From the IMG/VR virus record IMGVR_UViG_3300029288_000054, positions 326,607-388,105 of that record: a stretch of DNA of 61,499 nt; one strand, written 5' to 3'. The notes under the pieces were generated by a model. That model did not search any database. It was not told where the DNA came from and saw only the letters and a list, made by a program, of their open reading frames with translations. Positions 49,851-58,826 of this stretch are shown piece by piece. How positions within the stretch are numbered: position 1 is the stretch's first letter; each line of letters begins with the position of its first letter. Position numbers and translations under genes: made by a program. The stretch is from a virus. Lineage: Duplodnaviria > Heunggongvirae > Uroviricota > Caudoviricetes.

Positions 49851-50611
49851 GCTTATATATTACCGACGACAATTTCGCTGATGTTGTAGCTGAAGGTGAG
49901 GCTGCTGGTTTCACCTTTGGTGCATTACCGCGACAAACGCAAATCGGCGATTTGGTATGTGCCCCGGTTTTCGCGGAGCATGTGCCGCTCATTCCTGAGA
50001 GTGAGTGGAGAGACCGAATCGCACAGATGACGGCTGCTGGTGCTTTTATCGGACAACGATGGAAGAGCGACCCGAACGCAGATTATCAGAATGGCCTTGG
50101 TTTCTGCTGGGCATACAGTTTAGCCGAAACGTGTATGTCTGTTCGACACGCGATGGGTCAGCCGTTTGTGCAGTTGTCTGCAGAGTCGTTGGCTGAGTGT
50201 ACCGGATATCGGAACGCTGGCTATTATCTCGATCGCGCATTGGAATATGCCTCAGCAAATGGTATCGCAACACGCGCAACCGTTCCACAACACAAAATAA
50301 GCCCATCGAAATGGGACCCGAGTTATAAGGATGAGCGACAGAACTACATGCCGCAAGAGTGGTGGGATCTTGGTGGCAGGGATGTTTGGGCCGAGACTGT
50401 AACTGCTCTGCTCCAAGGATGGGGCTGTTATGTTGGTTACGACTGGTGGCATCACGCTGTGTTTCTTGATATGCTGCGTGTCAATAACGGCAAGATCGAG
50501 GTCCATACTCCGAATTCTCATGGCCCAGGTAATGACGCGTGGCTCGTAGGATCGAAGGCCATCCCATCAATGGGTTCATTTGTACTTCGCGGTATGACCT
50601 TAGCTAATTAA
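49847..50611 (+). CDS. papain-like (C1-type) cysteine peptidase
   Basis: QNGLGFCWAYS (Gln/Cys), LSAESL, HHAV (His), PNSHG (Asn). Confidence 0.75.
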   Translation: MSLYITDDNFADVVAEGEAAGFTFGALPRQTQIGDLVCAPVFAEHVPLIPESEWRDRIAQMTAAGAFIGQRWKSDPNADYQNGLGFCWAYSLAETCMSVRHAMGQPFVQLSAESLAECTGYRNAGYYLDRALEYASANGIATRATVPQHKISPSKWDPSYKDERQNYMPQEWWDLGGRDVWAETVTALLQGWGCYVGYDWWHHAVFLDMLRVNNGKIEVHTPNSHGPGNDAWLVGSKAIPSMGSFVLRGMTLAN

Positions 50612-50622
50612 GCTGAGGAATC

Positions 50623-51636
50623 ATGTCTAAGAAGGCGCTGATCACCGGTATAACCGGCATGGACGGGAGTCATTTATGTGAACTTCTCCTTTCTAAAGGT
50701 TATGAAGTTCATGGGCTGATACGTCGATCAAGCAGTTTCAATACTGAACGTATCGAATCGATGTATCAGGACCCGCATGTGAAAGAAGCACGGATGTTTC
50801 TGCACTATGGCGATATGACCGACGGTATAGGTCTTTCTGATCTTATCAAGAGGGTTGCACCAGATGAGGTCTATAACCTGGCAGCCCAAAGCCACGTCCG
50901 CGTCAGCTTCGATATGCCTGTCTATACGACACAATCGATAGCTATCGGAACGCTACAATTATTAGAAGCAATAAGGGGCTTCAACGCTAAAATCAAGTTC
51001 TATCAGGCTTCTAGTAGCGAAATGTATGGCAAGGTTGTTGAAACTCCGCAAACAGAATTGACACCATTCTACCCACGTAGCCCATATGGGTGTGCAAAGG
51101 CGTTTGCGTACTGGCAGACAATCAACTACCGCGAAGCCTATGGCATATTCGCATGTAACGGGACGCTATTCAATCACACAGGTCATAAGCGTGGTGAGAC
51201 ATTCGTTACGAGGAAGGTGACGCGTGCAGCGACACGCATCAAATTAGGCTTACAAAATAAACTATTCCTTGGCAACTTAGACGCCAAGAGAGACTGGGGA
51301 TACGCAGGCGATTATGTTGAAGCTATGTGGCTTATGCTGCAGCACAACGTCCCTGGCGATTACGTAATCTCCGCAGGCGAGACCAGATCAGTTCGAGAAT
51401 TTGTCGAAGAGGCATTTGGATTACTCGATTTGGATTGGAACAAATATGTTGAAATAGACCCACGATATTTTCGACCGACAGAGGTTGATTTGTTATTGGG
51501 TGATTCTTCTAAAGCTAGAAGAATTCTTGGATGGGAGCCCAAAGTCACATTCAAACAATTAGTGAAAATGATGGTCGAGCATGATATGGAATTGGCTCGG
51601 TCTGAGAAGATCTTACGAGACTCCAAAAGATCATGA
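50623..51636 (+). CDS. gmd: GDP-mannose 4,6-dehydratase
   Basis: [53 protein letters not shown]. Confidence 0.98.
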   Translation: MSKKALITGITGMDGSHLCELLLSKGYEVHGLIRRSSSFNTERIESMYQDPHVKEARMFLHYGDMTDGIGLSDLIKRVAPDEVYNLAAQSHVRVSFDMPVYTTQSIAIGTLQLLEAIRGFNAKIKFYQASSSEMYGKVVETPQTELTPFYPRSPYGCAKAFAYWQTINYREAYGIFACNGTLFNHTGHKRGETFVTRKVTRAATRIKLGLQNKLFLGNLDAKRDWGYAGDYVEAMWLMLQHNVPGDYVISAGETRSVREFVEEAFGLLDLDWNKYVEIDPRYFRPTEVDLLLGDSSKARRILGWEPKVTFKQLVKMMVEHDMELARSEKILRDSKRS

Positions 51637-52574
51637 TTGACTTCGCAAACGACCGTATCTTAGTAACTGGTGCCGCTGGCTTTCTTGGTAAGAACGTCCA
51701 AGCCATATTTCGGTTGGCAGGCGTACCTGATAAGAATTTGCTGACACCAGGAATCGAGGATTACAACCTCACTTATGAAAACAGCGTTTCGCGGATGTAT
51801 CACGATCTCAAGCCGGATGTAGTCGTGCATTTGGCTGCACTTGTTGGCGGTATTGGTGCGAATCGAGAAAATCCTGGCAGATTTTTCTACCACAATATGA
51901 TAATGGGCGTGCATCTGATCGAGCACGCACGACGCAACAAAATCAAGAAATTCGTTCAGGTCGGCACTATTTGTGCGTATCCGAAACATACAAAGGTCCC
52001 ATTCTGCGAAGAAGACTTATGGAACGGCTACCCAGAAGAAACAAATGCACCGTATGGAATTGCGAAAAAAGCATTGCTAGTAATGTTGCAGGCTTATCGG
52101 CAACAATATGGTATGAATGGAATCTTTTTGCTGCCGGTCAACCTGTACGGCCCAGGCGACAATTTCGATCCAAAGAGTTCTCACGTCATACCGGCCCTAA
52201 TTCGCAAGTTTCAAGAGGCCAAAGACAAAGGCGAAAATCGAGTCGTTATGTGGGGAAGCGGCAAAGCAAGCCGTGAATTTCTATATGTTGAGGACTGCGC
52301 CAGAGCACTAGTGATGGCGACTAGATCATACGATCACCCAGAGCCAGTGAATATTGGAGCTGGGTTCGAAATTACCATCTATGATCTCGCCATAAAAATT
52401 GCGAGACTTGTTGGTTTTGATGGTGAAATTTTCCACGACTTGACGAAGCCGGATGGCCAGCCGCGAAGATGCCTTAATGTGCAAAGGGCGTGTACGGAGT
52501 TTGGGTTTAGTGCAGAAACGCCGTTTGATGTCGGGTTAGAACGAACAGTCCAGTGGTGGAAAAGCCACAAATGA
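51633..52574 (+). CDS. fcl: GDP-L-fucose synthase (epimerase/reductase)
   Basis: [53 protein letters not shown]. Confidence 0.96.
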   Translation: MIDFANDRILVTGAAGFLGKNVQAIFRLAGVPDKNLLTPGIEDYNLTYENSVSRMYHDLKPDVVVHLAALVGGIGANRENPGRFFYHNMIMGVHLIEHARRNKIKKFVQVGTICAYPKHTKVPFCEEDLWNGYPEETNAPYGIAKKALLVMLQAYRQQYGMNGIFLLPVNLYGPGDNFDPKSSHVIPALIRKFQEAKDKGENRVVMWGSGKASREFLYVEDCARALVMATRSYDHPEPVNIGAGFEITIYDLAIKIARLVGFDGEIFHDLTKPDGQPRRCLNVQRACTEFGFSAETPFDVGLERTVQWWKSHK

Positions 52575-52741
52575 ACCACGCGATAGCATGTCTGTTTGGA
52601 GGATTCCCCGTAATAGGTAGGTTCTTCTGCTTATTTGGATTTCATGTCTGTAAAGACCCGGCGTACATGTTCGAAAATTCAAATCCAGACTACTTTAAGT
52701 GCTGCGTATGCGGTAGAACGATAGAGACGTATCAGAAATGA
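52571..52741 (+). CDS. small Cys/His-rich protein
   Basis: ATGA-coupled; CLFGFH...CCVCG. Confidence 0.5.
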   Translation: MNHAIACLFGGFPVIGRFFCLFGFHVCKDPAYMFENSNPDYFKCCVCGRTIETYQK

Positions 52742-53403
52742 TCGAAATTGTCACCCATTGTTTTGGTGAGAGATTTGCTACACTTCTGAACTATCATTTA
52801 AGCTCTATCGTCCTTAATGAAAGTCAGCCGGTTACTGTGACCGTTATATTCGCCACTAATGATAAGCTGACAACCAAAGTATTGTCGCATTTCGGTGTTA
52901 TCAATCGACCATGGATAACGTGGAATTTCATTCATATGCCTATCCAATCGGTATATCAAAGGCCGATTGGTCGTAATCTTGCTGCAAAGTCGTCAAAAGC
53001 GGATGTTATATGGTTTACTGACGCCGATTATGTGTTTGGCGATGGATGTTTGAATGCAGTATGGGTCCCGCAAGACGACGGTGTATATCGCCCGGAGCAT
53101 GAATATCGCACCACTCGTAAAGCGAAAGTGCAGATGATCGATGCTTTATTGAAAAAATCAGATATTGAAGCTGGTGTGGTATCTATCGATCCGTCACAAT
53201 TCGTCTCAACCAATATCAGGCGTGCAGTCGGTGGTGTTCAAATAATTTCTGGCGACACAGCACATAAAATTGGTTATTTGCCTGATAATAAGGAGTGGCA
53301 AAAGCCGCTAGAACAATATAACCGTGATGATGGTAGTGCATTCTGGCGTAATCTGTTTACTAGATTCGGAACAATGGCAATTCCTAACGTTTTCAGGATA
53401 TAA
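52738..53403 (+). CDS. GT-A fold glycosyltransferase (GT2-like)
   Basis: GRNLAAKSSKADVIWFTDADYVF (RN motif + DxD), late DD motif. Confidence 0.75.
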   Translation: MIEIVTHCFGERFATLLNYHLSSIVLNESQPVTVTVIFATNDKLTTKVLSHFGVINRPWITWNFIHMPIQSVYQRPIGRNLAAKSSKADVIWFTDADYVFGDGCLNAVWVPQDDGVYRPEHEYRTTRKAKVQMIDALLKKSDIEAGVVSIDPSQFVSTNIRRAVGGVQIISGDTAHKIGYLPDNKEWQKPLEQYNRDDGSAFWRNLFTRFGTMAIPNVFRI

Positions 53404-53663
53404 TGGTCGTCATTGAAAAGAACCGGCTGCAGTCGTTCGAGATCAAGACGCTCAAGCATAATATACTGTGTAAGTGTGGCAAGGGAATTATGATAGGTAC
53501 TGGTGCTGTTAGGTCTGCTAATGGTGCCTCAGGACCTGCAAGCAGATACGACCATCAACACAAATGCAATGTCTGTGGTGTGATTGAATGGTTTTCGGAC
53601 AAATATCCAATGCGCGAGGAGCGTGAAGTCCCAGTCACTCCAGATGAAGGGGTCATCAAATGA
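53403..53663 (+). CDS. small Zn-ribbon protein
   Basis: CKCGKG...HKCNVCG...YP. Confidence 0.55.
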   Translation: MVVIEKNRLQSFEIKTLKHNILCKCGKGIMIGTGAVRSANGASGPASRYDHQHKCNVCGVIEWFSDKYPMREEREVPVTPDEGVIK

Positions 53664-54133
53664 AAACGATACTTCCTATCGTTGGTTGTGTACTGTTAGT
53701 AGTTGGCATAGGGATTATATTATATGCCAATGGCGACATCGTGACGCCAAACGATGTTCCGGTGACTCCCGCAGAACCCATCGAACCAGTGAAGCCGAAA
53801 CCGAAACCAGGTTCGACACCTGGTTCAGAGCAAGGCTCCACTCCAGCACCACCGGTGCCTGCTGATGAACCCGCTAAGGCTGTGAATCCGCTGAAGGCAC
53901 CTGTTGCAGACGAGCCTTGTACAACTGGTGTGTGCCCTTATAAGAAGACAGAACAACCTGCTGGAGCCGCTAAGAATCAATATACACCAGTGCCATGGGC
54001 TACGGTACCGGGTATTCCAGAACCAGAACCACCGCAAGCAGCACCGCAAGCAGCACCGCCAGCAGCCGAGTCGAACACAGAGACCGTCACGATAACAAGA
54101 GGCCCTTTGCGTAGGTTGCTAAGGAGGAATTGA
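53660..54133 (+). CDS. Pro-rich membrane-anchored protein
   Basis: N-terminal TM, Pro-rich body, CTTGVCP, basic tail RGPLRRLLRR. Confidence 0.65.
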   Translation: MKTILPIVGCVLLVVGIGIILYANGDIVTPNDVPVTPAEPIEPVKPKPKPGSTPGSEQGSTPAPPVPADEPAKAVNPLKAPVADEPCTTGVCPYKKTEQPAGAAKNQYTPVPWATVPGIPEPEPPQAAPQAAPPAAESNTETVTITRGPLRRLLRRN

Positions 54134-54531
54134 TGTTTTCACTACTTAGCACTAGATGCCAGAGGTCTGTAGAATATTGGGAAGGCTGGCAAGCCGTAGA
54201 ATTGCATAAGCAATGTACTTATACCGACCCAAAACAACGTAAAGAGTGGGCTAAGGGATTCGCTGATGGTGTGAAGGAGATGCGTGGCAATAAGTCGTGG
54301 TATAAGAGCCGGACAATGATTGTTGGTTTATTTATGTTAGCTGTCGGCGTTGGCCTTATCGGGTATGGGTTATACTTCGGAGGTCCTTCCGAGAAGACGC
54401 TCATCGGTGCTGGAACCGGCGTGACAGCCATGAGTATAGTAATGGCAGCATTACGCTTGATCACAAACAGCAATATTAGCCTCGGTGGTGGCGGTGGCGG
54501 TCAGTATACACCGCCGCCATTTACTCAGTAG
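54130..54531 (+). CDS. two-TM holin-like protein with Rmf-like N-terminal motif
   Basis: AGGAGG SD; YWEGW...CTY...EWAKGF; KSWYKSRT followed by two TM helices. Confidence 0.5.
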   Translation: MMFSLLSTRCQRSVEYWEGWQAVELHKQCTYTDPKQRKEWAKGFADGVKEMRGNKSWYKSRTMIVGLFMLAVGVGLIGYGLYFGGPSEKTLIGAGTGVTAMSIVMAALRLITNSNISLGGGGGGQYTPPPFTQ

Positions 54532-54787
54532 CGGTTTCTACACCTATATCGCTACTTGCGTGCTGCAAATTGACAATCACGCACAAGTGGCAGGTACTTC
54601 TATCAGGGCACGTATAACCACAGTATAGCTCACGCATCAGCCATCCATATTTCTTAACGAAATCTGCAATCCCTTCAGCTTCACCAGGGATTTTATTATA
54701 CCATTTGTGTCTTGCGAGGTGTCGCTCGATTATATCGACCTCGCACTTTAGGAATTCAGCCAGATGAGCGCATTGTTGGTCGGCCAT
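54521..54787 (-). CDS. hypothetical Cys/His-rich protein (88 aa)
   Basis: GGAGAGGAG SD precedes ATG at 54787. Confidence 0.6.
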   Translation of the reverse strand: MADQQCAHLAEFLKCEVDIIERHLARHKWYNKIPGEAEGIADFVKKYGWLMRELYCGYTCPDRSTCHLCVIVNLQHASSDIGVETATE

Positions 54788-54835
54788 AGTTGCTCCTCTC
54801 CAATATCTTTCAACAAACTTATCGAAGAGGATATC

Positions 54836-54967
54836 ATGAAACTCAAGCTGTTGAGTGAGGGGCATTGGGTAAAGGCAGATCCGACTAAGCGTATGTCTTT
54901 TCTACTACATCCTTCAGATAGAGAGAAATTCATTCGGTGGGGTAAAAAGAAGCCGAAACGTAAATAA
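54836..54967 (+). CDS. small basic protein, possible internal head protein
   Basis: GAGG SD; MKLKLLSE leader; Lys-rich tail. Confidence 0.45.
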   Translation: MKLKLLSEGHWVKADPTKRMSFLLHPSDREKFIRWGKKKPKRK

Positions 54968-54971
54968 CTAC

Positions 54972-55250
54972 ATGAAAGCTAAATGCCCATTCTGTACTGC
55001 TGGTTGTCCTAAATGTGAGAATAGCGGAAAAATTAATGTCCGGTTTGCTGAAGGTAACGTCTGGACTAGAGCATGTCTTGATGAAACCTGCGGATTCGAA
55101 AACGGGGGCCGCATTCAAAAGGGTGACAAGGAGCCTCCAGAGCCTTCCGGACCGTGCGTTATGTGCAATGGACCAACTAAGTGGCTACTTATAGGATGTT
55201 TTAACGATACGAGGACAGAAGTACAGAATGATACTACTGGGCAAAAATAA
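54972..55250 (+). CDS. Cys-rich Zn-binding hypothetical protein
   Basis: CPFC, CPKC, CxxxxC and CVMC motifs. Confidence 0.55.
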   Translation: MKAKCPFCTAGCPKCENSGKINVRFAEGNVWTRACLDETCGFENGGRIQKGDKEPPEPSGPCVMCNGPTKWLLIGCFNDTRTEVQNDTTGQK

Positions 55251-55295
55251 CTTCAGAACGATCAGTTCCCAAGTGAAATAGGAGTTGACCTGATA

Positions 55296-55976
55296 ATGGA
55301 CAAGATCAAGCAGCTTTTGCAAAAATGTGGTCTTACAGCCGAGGTTTCAACGCAATTATGCGAAGCCATCGACAACCACGCAAGCATGCTGAAGGAACAG
55401 TCGGAGACGGAATTTCAGGCACGCCTCGCGAAAGCGAAGAAGGTGTGTTTCGAGGAAGTTGAAGCCCACAAGGCAGAGCTTTCTCGTCGGCTCCAAATCT
55501 TCTTGGAAGCTAAGAACTCTACTATCGAAGAGCTCGTTATGCGGCAGTCGGCCAATAGGGAAACTGAAGCTGTTGCCAAGCTCGAAAAAATCTATGCTCT
55601 CCTAGAGGGCATTGAGCTTAATGGCCAGTCAAACAGTGAACTTAAGACCGAACTCGACAAGTTCAGGAAGCTCGCAGAGCATCTCGTAGAAGAGCGCGAT
55701 AGCGCCATCTCCAAAGCGAAGCGTTGCATGCAGATTTCCGAGAGAGTTCTCAAGCGCAATCGCGGCTTGGAACAATCTCTGAATGAAAGCAGACAATCGC
55801 CGAACACTGGAAGGATTGATGCATCCCGTGCGGCAGCCCAGCGGAAGACGACCCAACGGACTCTTAAGGAGAACGTTGAGCAACCGCAAGCTCCGAAGCG
55901 TGAAGCACCGATCAACACCATGAATCCGCCACGTAGTCCCGCTGAGATTGCTGGCGTCATGGACGAGGTAGTCTGA
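55296..55976 (+). CDS. prohead scaffolding protein, gp22-like
   Basis: AGGAG SD; coiled-coil protein immediately upstream of the MCP. Confidence 0.75.
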   Translation: MDKIKQLLQKCGLTAEVSTQLCEAIDNHASMLKEQSETEFQARLAKAKKVCFEEVEAHKAELSRRLQIFLEAKNSTIEELVMRQSANRETEAVAKLEKIYALLEGIELNGQSNSELKTELDKFRKLAEHLVEERDSAISKAKRCMQISERVLKRNRGLEQSLNESRQSPNTGRIDASRAAAQRKTTQRTLKENVEQPQAPKREAPINTMNPPRSPAEIAGVMDEVV

Positions 55977-56063
55977 ACCGCTCGATCTTCGAATCTGCAT
56001 CATAGCATGTAGCTGTGCTCTGTTGATTCGCCGATGCACACATTTACTACAAGGAATACGCAT

Positions 56064-57674
56064 ATGTTGGCAACTCGCCAAAACAAGAAACCGGCTCCCC
56101 AAGGCCGTCACTTGACCGAATCGCGTAATCGCCAGACGATTACGGAAGCCACCGACCCGCATCAGGCTTCAGTCCTGTACGAGTCCACCAAGAACCCGAT
56201 GGTTCAGCGTTGGGCTCCGGTCCTCCACAAGTGCCGCGAGATCCGGCCCTCCAAGATGGGCTTGATGTCCGCCATTTTCGAGAACCAGTACAAGCACATG
56301 AACCCGACCGGTCGCTCGCTGATCTTGGAAGATCAGACGACAACCGGCAACATCGCCGACTTTACCCGGTTCGCGTTGCCCTTGCTCCGCAAGAGCTTCC
56401 CCAAGCTGATCGCTGACAACCTCGTCGGCGTCCAGCCCATGAGCCAACCGGCCAGCTTGATCTTCTACATCCGCTACAAGTACGCCATGACGAAGGGCCA
56501 GACAATCGCTGGTACCCAGATCATGCGTCAAAACACTTCGCAAGCCTATGCGAAGCAGAACGGATGGGCGTTGGACCCGTACTACTCTTCGCAAGAAGTG
56601 CACGGCGAAGACGCGACCATTCAGCCCGGTGGAATGGTCATCACGCAGACTCTCGCCCATCGCCCGGTCCTCGCTGGAACGGTCATGGTCGAAGTGTACG
56701 ACAACGCCGCAGCGGCTTCGCCCGATTGCGACAATTCCGTGCCTTGCCTCCGCGTGAGCTTCGACGCCAACGGTGCTGCTGATGTCGTCGTGGTCGGCGA
56801 TTGCAGTGGTACGATGGGCACCATCAGTGTTGACACCACGACCCCTGGGGCCACGGCGTTCAATCACACGACAGGTGCGGTCCAGGTCACGATGGGTGGC
56901 GGCATTCCTTTGCCAGCCGACGCCATCGCTCGTGTGAACTACGAGTACGACCTCGAAGCCAACCCCTTCCAGCCTGAAGTGACCTTGAGCATCGACAGTG
57001 ACAGCGTTGCTGCTGTTACCCGCAAGCTCAAGACATCTTGGTCGCTGGAAGCCGCTCAAGATCTCAAGTCGGTGCACAACATCGACGCCGAGAGCACCTT
57101 GACGGACCTGATGGCCGACGAGATGGTTGCGGAAATCGACCGCGAAATCATCAACGACCTCATCATCGCCGCTGCGATTCGTGCTACGCACAACTTCGCC
57201 ACGGCAGCCGGGGCTTCGGTGAACTTCACGGATCGCAACATCGCCTTGCTGTACAAGGTGCTTGAAGTTGCGAACATCATCCACAGAACCACATTGCGTG
57301 GTCCTGCTAACTGGATGGTGACCTCCGCCGACATCAGCTCGAAGTTCGAGCAACTGAACGACTTCCGCTCGTCAGACGCTTTTGTCCAAGAAGGTGTGGA
57401 CATCGGCATCATGAACGCGGGAACCATTCAGGGCAAGCTGCGGTTGTACAAGGACCCGCTCTTCCCGAACTGCAAGATTCTCTTGGGCTTCAAGGGATCG
57501 AGCGTTCTGGATGCCGGGTACTTCTACGCTCCGTACATCCCGCTGCTCTCGACGCCGACAGTGCTCGACCCGAACAGTCATACCCCCACCAAGGGGATTA
57601 TGACACGTTATGGGAAGAAGCTGATCGAAGACGGTGGCCTGTACTATGGTACTATAAACGTGACCAATCTCTAG
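56064..57674 (+). CDS. gp23: major capsid protein, T4 gp23 family
   Basis: LVGVQPMSQP, TRKLKTSWSLEAAQDL, EIDREII, GYFYAPYIPL, GIMTRYG. Confidence 0.98.
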   Translation: MLATRQNKKPAPQGRHLTESRNRQTITEATDPHQASVLYESTKNPMVQRWAPVLHKCREIRPSKMGLMSAIFENQYKHMNPTGRSLILEDQTTTGNIADFTRFALPLLRKSFPKLIADNLVGVQPMSQPASLIFYIRYKYAMTKGQTIAGTQIMRQNTSQAYAKQNGWALDPYYSSQEVHGEDATIQPGGMVITQTLAHRPVLAGTVMVEVYDNAAAASPDCDNSVPCLRVSFDANGAADVVVVGDCSGTMGTISVDTTTPGATAFNHTTGAVQVTMGGGIPLPADAIARVNYEYDLEANPFQPEVTLSIDSDSVAAVTRKLKTSWSLEAAQDLKSVHNIDAESTLTDLMADEMVAEIDREIINDLIIAAAIRATHNFATAAGASVNFTDRNIALLYKVLEVANIIHRTTLRGPANWMVTSADISSKFEQLNDFRSSDAFVQEGVDIGIMNAGTIQGKLRLYKDPLFPNCKILLGFKGSSVLDAGYFYAPYIPLLSTPTVLDPNSHTPTKGIMTRYGKKLIEDGGLYYGTINVTNL

Positions 57675-57707
57675 AGGGGCCTCCTCTGGGTGGTTACTGA
57701 AAAATCT

Positions 57708-57745
57708 GAGCCGGGTGAGGAAACGCTCTTCACCCGGCTCTTTTT
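57708..57745 (+). terminator. rho-independent terminator after the MCP
   Basis: GAGCCGGGTGA / TCACCCGGCTC 11-bp stem followed by TTTTT. Confidence 0.85.
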
Positions 57746-57790
57746 ATAGATATACTTGACAGATCGCTTCGTCTGTATTTTAATTGGGTT

Positions 57791-58796
57791 ATGGATGAAG
57801 CAACACCTGAAACTCGAATCTGTCGGAAGTGCGGCGACTCAAAGCCGCTAGACCAATTTTCTGTGGGGTCGTGCCACTTGCAAGACCTGCCAAGCCGCCT
57901 ATAAGCGAGATCTTCGCAAAGGCATTCTACATCCGCAGACCAAACCAGAAGTACGGATTTGCCGCGAATGCCGCAAACCAGAGACTGAGGTCGAATTTAG
58001 ACCTAAGGCTAATATTTGTGTTCCTTGTTTCAAGATCTATCTTGCGAATTATCGTAATGAGAATCGCGATAAGCTGCGCAAGCAGGTTCGAGATTGGAAG
58101 GACACGAACAGAGAGCAGCTACGCGAGACAAATCGCAAACTCTATCATACGCCAGAAGGCAAGGCGATGCATAGAGCTAGAGTTTGCAAGACTCCGAGGA
58201 CATGGCTTTCTCATTTGTTAAGCATTACTCGTGCTAACTCAATCAAGCCGGGACCTCATGATCCTAAGTCCGGTCCGAAACGTGATTTCGACCTGGACCT
58301 CGATTACGTCGTCTCTCTCTATGAATCCCAGCAGGGCAAGTGTGCCATTACTGGAGTCAAGATGACTCATATGTTCAATGATATGAACGCTATGAGTATC
58401 GATCGCATCGACCCCGAACAAGGCCATATCAAAGGCAACATCCATCTCATCTGTCAATGGGCCAATTTTGCCAAGCGACATCATAAGCTTGCTGTTTTCC
58501 GGCGAGCTTTATCTGATTTTATGTCTGTTATGTATCAACGATTTCTAGGAGGTGCCAGAATGTCAGAGCCAATCACTGCTAATGCCCAGACCCTAATGAA
58601 CCAAGCGCCGGCGACCGTCGATGTTTATCTGACGGAAGCGGTAAAATCGATTGACGATCATCTTGGCAAGGGGTATTCTCAAAAGAATCCTGGATTGGTC
58701 GCTGCGTTTATTCAAACGTGTGCGATCGATCTTGGGTGCGCTGTGTTAGCACAGCAACTTCGTGCTGGATTGGAAAATATCCGAATAGGCGGCTAA
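57791..58796 (+). pseudogene. HNH/EndoVII-like endonuclease with a +1 frameshift near 57857-57868, fused in frame to the downstream gene
   Basis: RICRKCG..KPLDQF in one frame continues as GRATCKTC...CREC...CVPC...QQGKCAITG...SIDRIDP..GHIKGNIHLICQWAN in the +1 frame. Confidence 0.65.
58560..58796 (+). CDS. small hypothetical protein nested in frame at the HNH C-terminus
   Basis: Strong AGGAGGT SD 6 nt before ATG 58560. Confidence 0.55.
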   Translation: MSEPITANAQTLMNQAPATVDVYLTEAVKSIDDHLGKGYSQKNPGLVAAFIQTCAIDLGCAVLAQQLRAGLENIRIGG

Positions 58797-58826
58797 TGCA
58801 CGACGCCATTATTCAGAGAGGTCATT

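Noticed and set aside
54788-54865. Longer N-terminus given by the ORF track for the - strand gene
   Set aside because: Strong SD supports ATG 54787, which removes the overlap with the + strand gene at 54836
56169-57353. 394-aa antisense ORF opposite the MCP
   Set aside because: Expected shadow of strong codon bias in a highly expressed gene; no motifs or SD
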